In this document: in pieces, positions 39,361 through 53,519 of the stretch
How the letters are laid out: the number at the start of each line of letters is the position of its first letter
Numbering within the stretch: position 1 is the first letter of the stretch
Source of the DNA: the human T2T-CHM13v2.0 reference genome, Homo sapiens
Reading direction: 5' to 3' (one strand)
DNA length: 64,000 bases
Assembly: GCF_009914755.1 (NCBI RefSeq)
Contig: NC_060927.1
Position numbers and translations under genes: made by a program
Notes under the pieces: model-generated
The model's database searches: none
The model's input: only the letters and a program-made list of their open reading frames with translations
What the model was told of the DNA's origin: nothing

Positions 39361-41525
39361 ATACTTCTGTAAATGTAAGAAAAGGGGAATAATGAAGTAA
39401 TAGAGACCTCTGATGATTCTCATTACTTGTCTTTGTAATAAGATACTTAAAAAAGAATGTGTGGCAAACAAAGGAAAATACCAGTTCTACTAAATAAATG
39501 TCTGCTCTCCCTGAACTCTCCCATACTTTTAAACATGAATCTGGATTTTCTGTAGTGTTCTCTTCCCCTATCCACCCAGCTTAAAAAAAAAAAAAAGTGC
39601 TCCTGCATTTCTACCAATCTTTGTTCTGAAAAACCATTTTAAGTGACTTAAAGTTCAAGTTTTTATTCATTCTGCAAATACTTACTGAGCCTTACTGTGT
39701 GTTGGGCCCTGTGCTTCATCTAGGGAGTTGACTTATACATGCTGAATATGGTCAGAAAGGCAAAAACATTATATTGGTAGAGTTGAGAGTATGAAGAGAA
39801 GAGGGAGGACCTCAGGCAGGGGGTGTTACTTGAGCAGGGCCTAGAAGGGTGAGCAGAAGGTTGGTAGAACTGAGAGAGCTTGGCACATGCTGAATGACCT
39901 AGGTAGGGTTTTGGGGAAGGGCAGGTGTTAGGTACCTTTGAGGACCAGCAGGTTGTCCAGTTTGGCCAAAAAACCACAAGCACAGTGATCCAGGAGGAGT
40001 CCCAAGTTCGTATGAGTTAAACGGGACTTTCAGCTTTTTTTTTTTTTTTTTTTTTTTCGGTGATTGAGTAGTAGAGAGCCGTTTAAGGTTTTTAAGCTGG
40101 AGAGTAACTCAGTGAGGTTGGAACATTAGGAATATTTGCCTGTTGGCTGCTTTGAGAGACACAAGAAGGAGACCAAGGTAGTAGTTCAAGTGAGAAGAAA
40201 GAAATTCTCAGCTTAGGGTGATGGCAAGTAGGCAAGGGAAAGAAAAAACATGAGCCAAATTTATGGAATTTGGCTGTGTTAGGGACAGTATACCAGAAAG
40301 AGTCAAAGTTTATGTGTGTTTGAATATCAACTGAAAATGTAATTGACTGTGTTGAGTCCAAGATGCATCCATAATTGAATATCTGGTAATGGAAATAAGC
40401 TGATTTTGCAAGGCTCTGTGAGGGCAGGTGCAGTCTTCTCTATCTCTGCATACCCTGTTCCCCAGTTTCAGGCACCATGCTCAATAAGTGTTCGTGGAAG
40501 GAATGACTTTGGTGGATTTCGTTGTATGGCATAAGTGCGTTTACCACTGGAGCAGAACCATCAGATGATTTAGGGAGGGTCAAGCTAACCTGGATTTGAA
40601 TCCGCAATTCCTAGCTAGGTGATCTTGAGCAAGTTACTGAATCTTTCAGTTTCCTCATCTGCAAGATGTAGGATAACAACACTGTCTCTTGGGATATAAT
40701 ATGATTATTCATATCAACTGAATGAATGAATGCACATAAAATATTTAACCTAGCATCTGGTATATACCTGGGATAAATGCTCCTCAGGCATTGGCTGCTG
40801 TTACTTATGGGGAGTGTTGATGTCAGTTTGTGATTGGCAGAAAAGTAATGATGAGTTGTCAGCAGAAGGTGGGAGGAGAGTAGTAGTCTGTGAGTCCTTG
40901 AGGGCCTCAACCTGGAGTGGTAGAGGCAGTAGGAGCAAGGCAGTTTAGGGAAAGCTCCTACAGAAGAAGTGAGAGAAGGAATGGTAAAGGAGAAAGACTA
41001 GGTCAGTGATAACAGGAGGGGACCTGAGAAGTTCAATATGGCTGTTCCAGACAAGGAGAATGCATCAGTGTGGAAAATACCAAATTCAGAGAGGTCAGGG
41101 AGGGTGAGAACTGAGACTGGACATTGAGTTTGGTTGTTCAGAAAGACCCCAACCGTCAAAGGAGAAGTTGCAAGAACACCGAAGCTAGGTTACCTGTGGT
41201 TAAGGTGAGCATCAAGGAAAAAGGGAAGATTCTGTGGGCTATAGAAGAGCTGATTGTCTCAGTAGAGGAAGAGACGAAAGGCAAGATTTCTAAAATATAT
41301 TCAAGACAGTATGGCTTTTACGTTTGCACTGGTAAAAACATGTACAAGCCCACCACACTGCAGTTTCTTGTTGTCCATGTGAGCAGTCTCTGAGATGTTC
41401 AGTGCTCAGTCTTTAAGGCCCTGGTGCAAAAGCATTGGTATGGTGGCATATATAGTTATAAATGAATAAAATGTAATATATAATGTAAACAAATGCTAAT
41501 TAATTTTAATTAAGACAATGAAATA

Positions 41526-41836
41526 CAGTCATGTGTTGCCTGCTGACGGGGATGTTTTGATAAATGTGTCATTAGCTGATTGTCATTGTGCAGACATAGA
41601 GTGTACTTAAACAAACCTGGAGGGGATAGCCTACTACACACTTAGGCTAAATGGTATAGCCTATTGTTCCTAGAGGACAAACCTATATGCATGTTACTGT
41701 ACTGAATATTTCAGGCGTTTGTAACACAATATTTGTGTGTCTAAACATAGAAAAATAGTAAAAATCTGGTATTATGGGATCACCTTGTATATGTGCTTTG
41801 TCGTTGACCAAAATGTCGTTGCACAGCACATGACTG
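41526..41836. mobile_element. Tigger3a/MER7-like MITE
   Basis: TA TSDs; TIRs CAGTCATGTG / CACATGACTG. Confidence 0.85.
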
Positions 41837-41844
41837 TACATTAT

Positions 41845-42075
41845 AACCAACATTAATGAGTTCTGTGGGCCAGCAGCATTGTAAGTACTTTTGTCAGTAT
41901 TATCTCATTTAATCCTCCCAGCAACCCTATGAGGTATAGGTGGTATTATTCTCATTTTATAGCTGAGGAGGGCTAGGTAACTTGCCCAGAGTCACACAGC
42001 TGGTAAGCGGTAGAGCCAGGACTAAATACCAGGCAGTCCAGCTGCAGAGCCCATGCTGTTAACAGCCATATTCTG
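41845..42075. mobile_element. MIR
   Basis: TTATCTCATTTAATCCTCCCAGCAACCCTATGAGGTA...TAACTTGCCCAGAGTCACACAGC. Confidence 0.8.
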
Positions 42076-43555
42076 CTGCTTACTTTATTTTGTTGCTGAA
42101 TTGCTTTGAATTGCAAATGGCATTAGATGTAATCTTTGATGAAACAGGAATGTACTAAAGGGAGGAAAATTGAACATGAAGGAAAGGGCTGGTGGTTGCT
42201 GATGGAGCAGTGTTTCTGAGAGAGTAGGCAGGACTAGGACCAAGAGTGCAGGTAGAGGGTCAGTAATGGAAAATTACCCCAGTTGATTTTTAGGAGAGGA
42301 GCAAGAGAGGGTTGACAAAAATATGGAGAAAGAAAGGTTAGGTATTTTGCAGGAGGGAGAGAAAGGTAGATAATACTAGAAGATACTTTGAGGTGGTGAG
42401 AGAGACCACCATCCATCATGAGAATTATCCAGTGGATTTTTGAAAATGGTCTCCACTAATAGTTTGATGAGATTTAGTAGTCCTATTGGAGTAGAGGGCC
42501 TGCATGAGCTAGCATTAGGATGGGACGTTCATTGACCTTGACAGATTTCCAAAGCACCCTTTGGTGGAGCTGTGAAGGTCACACTTTCCAAGGAGAGGGC
42601 TATATTTTGGTTAGTTGCTGATTTGCTGCCACAAGTAAAGATGAACAGACATAGAAGGTTGAGGAAGGAAAGAGTCATGTTGTCTTTTTTCTTTGCTTGT
42701 GAAGATGTCCCAGGCTTACAGGACAAAGAAACACAAAGCAGATGAAAGAATAAAGGAAATAGATACCTTTTGAATTTGAGGGGTGTTGAGCCATGAATGG
42801 CACATACCTGCATAGCTCCCGAGTCAAACCTATTCAAGGCTTTCCAGAAATCAGATACATCATGTAAAAATAGTGCTTCTCAAATTATCTGTAGGGAAGG
42901 GCTCTTTTTATTGTTAAGATTGTGATCTGTTTCCATTTTATAAAATATCGTGTGATAAAAAATGAATTTGAAAATTAATTAAAAACAAAGACATGAAGAA
43001 TGCAAACCCATTTTGTTTTCTGTTACTAGACTCAATAGGCACAAGATTGTTCTGTGAAATTGTTAAAAGTTTCTAAGTGCCTGCTTTTGATTTCTGAAAT
43101 TAGCTCTTTGTGGGCTCCTTACACCCCCAGAAGCAAGAGTGGGCCTCACTTTGCCCAGTGCTGATGGAGAATTTAACGGCAGCTCCTTGATAAGACCCTG
43201 GCTTGTTTACAGAGTTCCAATTCCCTGAGCTCTTCCCAGAGTGCCTAGCCCAGTGCACAGCACATTGTGGATACTCATCAGATAAATGCCGGTTAAAAGA
43301 TCCCTTGAATAGATGATTTTTGAATGTAGGATAAAATTAAATTAGTATGATAGCAAGTCTCTCAAAAAAAAGTTAATTAAAATGTATTCACATGGTGGTA
43401 GGCTGAACTAAAGCAAAGTGTGTTTTACCTTGTTTGGCAATTTTCAAAAACCACATCTTTGTAGGTTTCAAAAACCTTAGTTCTCAGGATGCCACCATTT
43501 GTCCCTTGTGCTGTGTACGCACTAACCTCAGCCACAGTTCATCTTTTGGTTTTAG

Positions 43556-43662
43556 ATTGTGTCAGCAGCTAAGGTGTGTGGAGCTGCCAGTGAGTCACCG
43601 TCAGTGAAGAGCCTCCGCTTGCTTGTTGCTGATCAAGACTTTTCCTTTAAAGCTGGCCAGTG
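43556..43662 (+). CDS. OXNAD1: OXNAD1 coding exon 3 (IVSAAKV...FSFKAGQW)
   Basis: Branch-point-like ACTAAC ~43521; TTTTAG| acceptor; TG|GTAAGT donor; F-x-x-GQ FNR-family motif. Confidence 0.96.
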
Positions 43663-46600
43663 GTAAGTGACTTTTCTGTGTTCCATGTATGTATGTTCAA
43701 GAAGGTGCCATCAGATAGAAGGTATTATTTTTTCTCCTGGAAAAGGCTAGCCATTCCCTTGAGGAAGAGGAATTCTAAATCATATCTGCTCAGGGTGAGC
43801 CTTTGTTGGCACAGAGGATCTGATTCCTTTTCTGGCCTCAGAGCCCACTTGGGTTTTGAGCCCGTGGCTCCCTCAGTCGTATATGAAAATTGCTGTCTTG
43901 TGTTTTCCACATTCAAACAAAGCTAGTTCTGGCCCATGGAACTGACAGCTCTGATAATTAGACTCTTCAGGAATGGTTGCTAACAGAATGCACTTCAGTA
44001 ATCTAATCTCCTTGAGTTACGTGTTGCAGGAGATTCATAGGTTTTTTAAAAGTAGTCTTCTTTGTGTCCAATGCAGAGTAAACAAAGTATCCTGAAGAGA
44101 AGAGGAACTAGTGATGTCATCACAGGGCTCACTACCCTCTTGACTGAATTTGTCTATCATATGTACCTTATTTGGGTTGAATTTAAATACTTTGCCTAAT
44201 TTGTTATCAGGATTCCCCAGTCAGGCCCAGCTCCCCAGAACCCCCACACAAATCATAAGTCTGTCCCATTTGACTCGGGACTGATCAGCATGCTGACTGG
44301 GTAACATTTCCTCCGAATGGGGCCTCCCTGAGCTTCAATTCAAGTTCAATTGTAAGGAAAGCAACTTGAATTTCCCTAGGAAAGGTGTGTTTGGGTGTGT
44401 GTGTCCTTTATTTTAATAAAGCATTCATTTCTAAATGGATTTCTGGCATGTCAGTCTTGATAGTGTTTCTTAGGAGTCACTTGACTAATTTTGGCAGTCC
44501 ATCTGGAAATGTGGTTTTGTTAGAAGGAGGATGTGTGATAATAGCAAGTGTGATAATAGCAAGAGTTAGCAGTCTTGTGTGTTAATAGTTTGCCTTTGAA
44601 TTTAGAACTAGAAAACAAGATGCTGATTGCAATAATTTGGGTTTGTGAAGCAATTTACTGCAATCTTTGCACATGTTCGATGATACACATTAAATGCATT
44701 TTGCCTGTTTTAGGGGGCGGGCAACATATTTACCCTTCAAAAATGGTTTAGCAGTCATTATATTGAAAAGTGGAAACTTTAATTGTAATGATCTGTTTTC
44801 CATATTTCCTTTCTGTGGAAATGTTTGTGTCCTGTGCAAAGCACTGTCTCCGTGCCTTCAACTCTGAATCCTGCCAAGACTCAGACCCAGCCTCCTGGTT
44901 AGGAAAAGCCTGTGCATTGGTTATTGTGCTGCCACCGTGGTGTGCCTGCAAGTGTAATGCACTTGCTAACCTCAGTTACCTGATAAGAAAATGTCCTCAT
45001 TCCCTAGTGATATTTGTAGAAATAGAGTCCTACTGTGATTCTCAAGATGAAATGATTTGGGATTGGTGTCATGTATACCATCCCAATGAATGGATTTGGC
45101 CATTTCACTGAATTTAGGCCTGGTTTTCGTATGTGCCTGTCAGACTTCTTCGGAGGTCGGACTTGGCGGGTAAGGATCACTGGCTGGTAGTGTGTGACGC
45201 TTTCCCTCCCAGGTGTTGATCAGCATTCATTCCAGGCCCCTGGGCCCTCCTCTTTCAACAAATTTTACCCTTACCATTGATTTATGGTTCTAGGGGTTGT
45301 GAGTTCCTTTTGATATTTGACCTTATGGTCACAGAATGGCCATTTTGCTGAGGTTGGCGGTGTCTGTCCCTTCCATGCTGTTGCTTGAATGGCTTTGTGC
45401 TCTAGGCTGTCTCAGACCATCAGCTTGGTAGTAACAGCCATGTGGTACTTTGGAGAAGAGGGCAAGGATTAGGGATAGGAAGTGAGGATGTGGCTGCCAT
45501 GCAGTTTGTGTAGGTAGGATTATCAGACTGGAGAGCTGCTAGAAATCAAGGAGAGGGTTGCTGTTGGGCTTATCTTTGGGGTAAGAGATTGGGCCGTGAT
45601 TCCACATCTCTGAATTTTTGACCAGTGGCTTCCTCTGACACCTACCAAACTCTGAGAATGAGGTTCCAGGCACAACTCTAACTAAATAAATGAATGTTGT
45701 CTGTGACTAGCTGGAGCTTTGGCCACAGATCCCCATGTAGACACCTTCAGCATAGATCAGATATAGGCCTCAAGGGGCTCTTTTTGCACTACACTGTATT
45801 CTTACTGGGCCTTGCAGAGAGGGCTGGTTCCTGTAGCAATAAACCAGTTCCAAGAACTGTAGCAATCCAATCCCGAGAGAAAGGCCAAAGGCAGAACCAC
45901 CTCAAAACATCTCTCACATGAGCAGGGTTGAACTTCTTGGTTCATCTTACTAGTAGGCCTACCACTTGCTAGCTCCTTGGTGAGGCCTGCCCTTGACCAG
46001 AATTCCTCCTCCCTTGGGGTGGAAAGCTTGGCACTCACTCTTGGGTCTGGAGCATGCCACCACTGGTCCTCACACAGTGTGCAGCTGCCCTGAGTTTCTA
46101 GATTCACATTTGGCTGTGGTGCTCACTGCCTGCCTCTGGCATTGGTTATGCTACTGTGGGTAGCAGTGTATTGTCGCCTAGTGCCCTGGAGACTGCTCAG
46201 CTCACATGCTTGCTTTCTACCAGCCAGCTCTGTGATGTGGTCAGTTTCCTTATTTGTCTGGGCTTCAGTTCTCATATCTTCAAAGAGGGAGCAGTAGTAT
46301 TCCTACGTTTTGGGATATTTAAAGTGTTTAGCATAATGCCTACTGTTAACTTCATTTGTTTGATTTTAGCTTTTGTTATTGCTAATAAGTATTTCATTCA
46401 GTTAGATCATATGTGCTGATAAGGCCCAGGGGACAGATTCCAATTCTTATCTCCTTGGTCAGTTTCCCTGCACTGAAGCTGTTGATTGGAAGAGTGGCAG
46501 GCCAGGCAGGAGTGGGGGCTTATCACCACCATGTCACCACTGATGCCCCAGTCAGTACTCAATCCACACTTGGCTGGGTATAGCTTGCCTCCTGAGGGGA

Positions 46601-49406
46601 AGTAAGGCCAAAGCATTTTCACAGAGTGGAGGGAATTCCTGGTCCTAGTGTGTCTGACTTTCTACAAGATAACATAAGTTTAGATGCTAGAAAGCAACTT
46701 TGAGCCCTGCTGAGAGAAAGAGGACACCAAGAAGAAACACTGGAGGAGCAAGATTAGAGAAATAAGACTTTATACCTACCCTTGAGCAGGGCTGCCACAC
46801 TGTAGATAGATAATATCCTTGCAACCTACACAAGCATGTGTGGCAGCCCTGATTCTCACAGGACTGCACATAACATAGCACTGTATTCCTTGGCATCTTT
46901 TTCAAACTGTGTCCTCCCCCATTACTCATCTGGTAAGCATTGTGTGTCTTTTAAGACTGTTTAAAGGGCATCTCTTCTGTGAAGTCTTTCTTAATTCCTG
47001 TACTCCTGGTAGAATTGACTCCTCCTTCCTCTGCCTTGCCTCGCTACGCTAAGCAGATTTTATCATTGCCCATTTAATTGTATGTATTTGTTAATTTTCC
47101 TCCTCTTAGAGTGGGTTCATTGAGGGCAGCAACTAAGACATATGTGCATCTTTGTACCTCCAGCAAGTACCACAGTGCCTGTATATGGTAGGCAGGTGCT
47201 CTCTTAGATGTTTGCATTAAGTGAATGAGTGAGGGGCTCTGAGAACTGTAGGCAAGGACTAAAGAGTTCTGGGATCTCATAGTATAGCTGCTGTGTGCTT
47301 GGCACTGGGGCTCCCTTTGTGGACAGGACCTGGCTGCCTGGTGTGTCATGGTTGGATGTGGACATCCACTGCTTCACCGCGCACCTAGGCTCCTTCTGCA
47401 TACACTCACTCATTGGGTATATAGTAAGGGCTTTAACTCATGGCTCCAAGAGTGCTCATCCTGCAAAGGACATTTTTAAAGGTGTGTGTTTAAGGTATAA
47501 TTCTTTCTTGGACAGATGTTTTATGAAATATGTATTGTGCATATTTTCTTAAATCCATTCAGATGAAGTTTTTATGTAACTTAAATTCTTCTGTATTTTT
47601 TAATGAAGGAGTCCTTTTTTTCCAAAGGTAGCTTTCCAGAGTTACTAGAGAAGAGGGTTGGTTCCCTTTCATTCAACTGAGAGAATGGCCTTCATCAGCA
47701 TTGAGCAGCAGAGGGCACTGTAGTTCAGGAGATGAAGCAGCAAAAGTAGCTTATTAATGTATTTATTTTTTAAACATGGAAATAATGGAGATTTTTGTAT
47801 ACCTCCTCTGTGATAGCATATAGCAACTGTGTTAACAAATGCTAACGATAGTCTTTTAAATTTTTATCTTGTCAGAAATGAAAAGAAAGTTAAAGTACTC
47901 ATGGAAAAGAGTCAAGTGAAAATAGGTTAAAGTTGGCCAAAGACCTTTTCTGGAGCACTTCCAATCCAGAACTGGTTTTTAAACACTTATAATAAATGAC
48001 TGGAAATGTAAGGCCATAGACTGCAGGAGAATATTTTTTTAAGGTCATAGATCAGATTAGAGAACATCTTTTGCTTTTCTTTTAGGCCTGTATGTAGGTA
48101 AGCAACTGGGGAAGGATGATACTTTTTGCTCTTGTGATGGCTGTGAAACACCTAGATTGGATGTTTATGTTTCCCAGATATGGGGATGAGAATTTTTTGT
48201 GGTTCTGTGTTCCAATACATTTTTCTTGGTATGTGACTAGGTTTATTGCATTTCCTAGAATCCTCACCAAAAAAGGGTTTCTGTGGCATAGAATTATTGA
48301 AAGCTTGAAACCCAGGAGTTCTAGACTACAGGATGTGGTTAGAAGAAAAGAAGGAAACGTTAAGACTTGTGTAACTCAGAGGCCATATCGGCCTATTAAG
48401 TCTGTCAAATACTAGTGGGAGAGTTTTTGTTGCTTTTCTTGACCCTTTTTTCATACTTTTTAAAACTTAAAAAGACTGTTATGTTGAGATATATTCATAT
48501 AAAATTCAAACATTTAAAGTGTACAATTCAGAGGTTTTAGTATATTAACAGAGTTGTGCAGCTATCAGCACAATCACATTTAGAACATTTTTATCCCAGA
48601 AAGAAACTCTGTAATGATTCTTATTCATTCCCTATCCTCCTGCCCGGCTTAGATGACCACTAATCTATTTTGTCTCTATGGATTTGTCTCTTATGGACAT
48701 TTTATACCAGCAGAATCATACAATACAGTGTGTGGTCTTTTTGTGATTGGCTTCTTTCACTTAACATGATTTCAGGGTTCATCTATGTTGTAGCCTGTAT
48801 CAGTACTTCATTCCATTGTATGGATATGCCACATTTTGTTTATATCTTCATTAGCTGATGGACATTTACATTGTTTCCACTTTGGGGCTATTGTGAATAA
48901 TGCTGCCATGAACATTCATGTACAAGTTTTTGAGTGAACATACAGTTTCACCTGTCTTAGGTCTAAACCTAGGCATGGAATTGTTGGGTCATATGCTAAC
49001 TAACTAACATTTTCAGGCACTACTAAATTGTTTTCTAGAGTGGCTGTGCCATTTTACATTCCCACCAGCAATGTATAAATGTTCCAATTTCTCCAGACCC
49101 TAACACTATTGTTTGTCTCTTTGATTATAGCCATCCACGTGGGTGTGAACTGCCAGCTCATTATGATTTTGACTTACATTGCCCTAATGACTATTGATGT
49201 TGAACATCTCTTCATGTGCTTATTAGCCATTTATATGTCTTCTTTGAAGAAATATTAATTTAAAGTATTTTGTCAGTTTTTTATTTGGTTGTCTCTTTAT
49301 TACTGAGTTGTAAGAGTTCTTTATATAATCTGAATACAAGAACCTTAATATTAATAGATATATTATTTAAAAATATTTTTCCCATTATGTAGATTGTCTT
49401 CTTAAC

Positions 49407-49709
<303 letters not shown>

Positions 49710-50702
49710 TGACTTTCTTGATGATAACATTTGTAGCACAGAGTTTTAAATTTTGATGAAATCTGTTTCTCTATTTTTTTTCCAACCCTTTTGGTTTGGG
49801 GTCATATCTAAGAAGCCATTGCCATGAAGTCTTACTCCTGTGTTTTATTCTAAGAGTTTATAATTTTAGCTCTTACATTTAAGTTTCTGCTCTGTTTTGA
49901 CTTAATTTTTGTATATGTTGTGAAATAGGGGTCCAAATTCATTCTTTGTATGTGGTTATTCAGTTCTCCCAGTGCCACTGTTGAGTAGACTGTTCTTTTG
50001 CCATTAAATTGCTTTGGCAGCCTTGTCTAAAATCAATTCACCATGAATTTAAGGCTTTATTTCTGGACATTCCGTTCTTTTCCATTGATCTACATGTCTG
50101 TCCTTATGTCAGTACAACAGCATTTTCATTACTGTAGCTTTGTAGTAACTTTTGAAATCAGGACCTGTGAGTCCTACAAATGTAAACTTCTTTTTCAAGA
50201 TTGTTTTGATGATTATGGGTTCCTCAAATTTCCATATGAATTTTATGATCAACTTGTCAATTTCTACAATGAAAACACCTGGGGTTTTAGTAAGTATTGC
50301 ATTGAATCTGTGGATCAATTTGAGGAGTATTGCCATCTTAGCAATATTTAAGTCTGCCATGCCATGAACATGGAATATGCTTCCATTTACTTAGATCTTT
50401 AATTTTTTTCCAATGGTGTTTTGTAGTTTTTACTGTGTAAGTCTTACACTTATTTTGTTAAATTTATTCCCAATTATTTTATTCTTTTTTATGCTATTAT
50501 AAGTGTAATTGGTTTTCTAAATTTCACATTTGGATTGTTCGTTGCTAGTGTATAGAGATACAGTTGATTTTTGTCTGTTGATCTTGTATCCTGCAAACTT
50601 ATTTGAATTTATTAGTTCTAATATCTTTTTAGTGAATACATTAGTATTTTCTATATATGACAGCATACCATCTGCAGCTTCCACCTCTGCAATCTGAATG
50701 CC

Positions 50703-50996
50703 TTTTATTTCATTTTCTTGTTTACTTACTTTGGCTAGAACCTCTAGGACAGTGTTGAGTTGGAGTGGTAAAAGTAGACATCCTTATCTTGTTTCTCTTA
50801 GGGGGGAAACTTTCAGCCTTTCACCATTAAGTAGGATGTTAGTTGTTCTGATCACGTTTTATTTCATTTTCTTGTTTACTCACTTTGGCTAGAACCTCTA
50901 GTACAATGTTGAGTTGGAGTGGTGAAAGTAGACATCCTAATCTTGTTTCTCTTAGGGGGGAAACTTTCAGCATTTCACCATTAAGTAGGATGTTAG
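50703..50996. repeat. 140-bp tandem duplication with 14-bp spacer
   Basis: 50703-50842 vs 50857-50996, about 6 mismatches. Confidence 0.95.
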
Positions 50997-51411
50997 CTAT
51001 GGGTCTTTTGTAGGTGCCCTTTATCAGGTTGAGAAAGTTCCCAATTATTCCTAATTTGTTGAGTATTTTTGTTATGAAAAAGTGTTGGATTTTGTCAAAT
51101 GTCTTTTCTTGACTATTGAGATGATCATGTGGGTTTTGTCATTTATTCTACTGAGTGGTGTATTACATTTATTTATTTTCAGATGTTAAACCAACCTTGT
51201 ATTCCTGGAATTTTTGTACCTAAATTCAGAAGGGATACTGGTCTATAGTTTTCTTTCAATGTCTTTGTCTGGCTTTGGTATGAGGGTAATACTGGCCTCA
51301 TAAAATGAGTCGAGAAGTGTTCTCTTCTGTTTTTGGAATAGATTTTGAAGGATTTGTATTAATTTTTAAATGTCTGATAGAACTTAACAGGATGCCATCT
51401 GGACCTGAGCC

Positions 51412-51773
<362 letters not shown>

Positions 51774-52068
51774 TAACTTGTTATGGGTCTGCTCAGATTT
51801 TCTTTCTTCTTGAGTCAGATTTGGTAGTTTATGTCATTTTAGGAATGTGTGCATTTCATGTAAGTTAGCTAATTTTTTGGCATATAGTTGTTCATGGAAT
51901 TCCTTTATAATTCTTTTTATTTCTATAAGCTTTGTGATGATATCTCCTCTTTTATTCTTGATTTTAGTAATTTTTTTTCATAGTCTTGCAAAGGTTTGTC
52001 AATTCTGTTTAATTTACCAATTTTTAAAATTGCTTCAACAATAATCATTTATTTGGCTTTCTTTTTAG

Positions 52069-52210
52069 GGTTGATTTCTTTATTCCAGGAGTCTCTGTGG
52101 TTGGTGGGTTTTCAATATGCTCCAGTCCCAGACTGCTAGAACAAGAGAGAGTGATAGAATTGGCAGTGAAATATACGAACCACCCTCCTGCCCTCTGGGT
52201 TCACAATACG
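52069..52210 (+). CDS. OXNAD1: OXNAD1 coding exon 4 (VDFFIPG...GGFSICSSP...LWVHNT)
   Basis: TTTTTAG| acceptor; ACG|GTAAGC donor; 142 nt; FAD-binding barrel region. Confidence 0.96.
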
Positions 52211-53519
52211 GTAAGCACACTGCCTGTTTAAACGCGATGATCTGGGTATCTCTGCCACCCACAAAATTTGTGTTAAGCTCATTTGATTCACCTAAGAAAC
52301 CTGGGCTTGAGTAAAAGGGTACATGCCCAGAAAGAGCTTCTAAGAAAGGTCAAAGAAACTTTGATGCATTAAGTATGAGTCAGAGACTTTGGGATCTGGA
52401 AGTATTTTCTGGGTCACCAAACGGTATTCAGTTGAATACTGCTTTAGAATTAAAATATTTTATATTTTAGACAAGTTCTAAAAAGTTGGCTCTCTGTGTC
52501 ATGTAAATGGTAAATCTATAAATCAGATTATTTTGTCCTAACCATCCTAAATAAAGGGAATTAAATTATTATTCTGTCATTTTTGGAGGGGAAACTATCT
52601 GATTACATAGTACTGCTTCTTCCCAGAGGTGAGCACAGCTAAATCCACGGTGCCATTGCCTCTCTATTTCAGTGTCTGGAAAGCTCTTCACTCGGGATTC
52701 TGAGAGAGAATCCAATTTGATTGCTGTTAATAACTCTTATTTCACCACAGGGCTCAACACAATCCTACAGAAGCTGCCTGTCATTACCTACTAGAACTCT
52801 GATAACAAAGAATGAGCTCAGAACAGATCAGTTACTCGTTGTCTTAGTTTTTGACCCTTCTATCCTTTTCACTTATTGCTTTTTCTATTCTTTTCCTTTT
52901 CCTTTCACTTCCTCTTCATTGCAAGAGTGTCTTCTATATTTACCAACAACCTCCATCCCAACCAGGCATTTTCTTACCTTCTTTACCAAAAACACATACC
53001 AGTATAAATATGGCTTCAAAAACAGCATTTTCCTGTTTCCTGGAAATCATTGAAAATCAATGAAGGAAAAAGAAAACAAAACCTCTATTTTCAGCAAAAC
53101 TTGGAAACACACTGTAGTATATTTTTAAAGGTTGCAGAGAATTTTTGGGTTTCTGTAGGAGCCACATGGAAATAAGTAGAGGAGAGAGGCCGAGTAGCAA
53201 ATTTCATAGAGCACCAACAAAAATACATGAGGGAGTGGGGTGGGACTTACAGCTCTTGCCTGCAAAGAGGGTATGGAAACACAGTTGCGTTTTGTGGCTG
53301 TAGAAGGCCCACCTGAACGCAGCAAGGTTCAGTTAGGAGAGAAGGCACGCAAAGAATCACACAGGCAAATCATGTTTGTAGGAACTAATATGTCCTGTAG
53401 TAGCTGAAGAGAGCTTTTATGTTGTGAAAACCAGCTAGCTTAGGATACTCTCTGGCCCATCCCCCAATGTAGGACCCTCTTGCAAATAGTCCAAAAAAAA
53501 GCACAGTTCATTTCAATCC

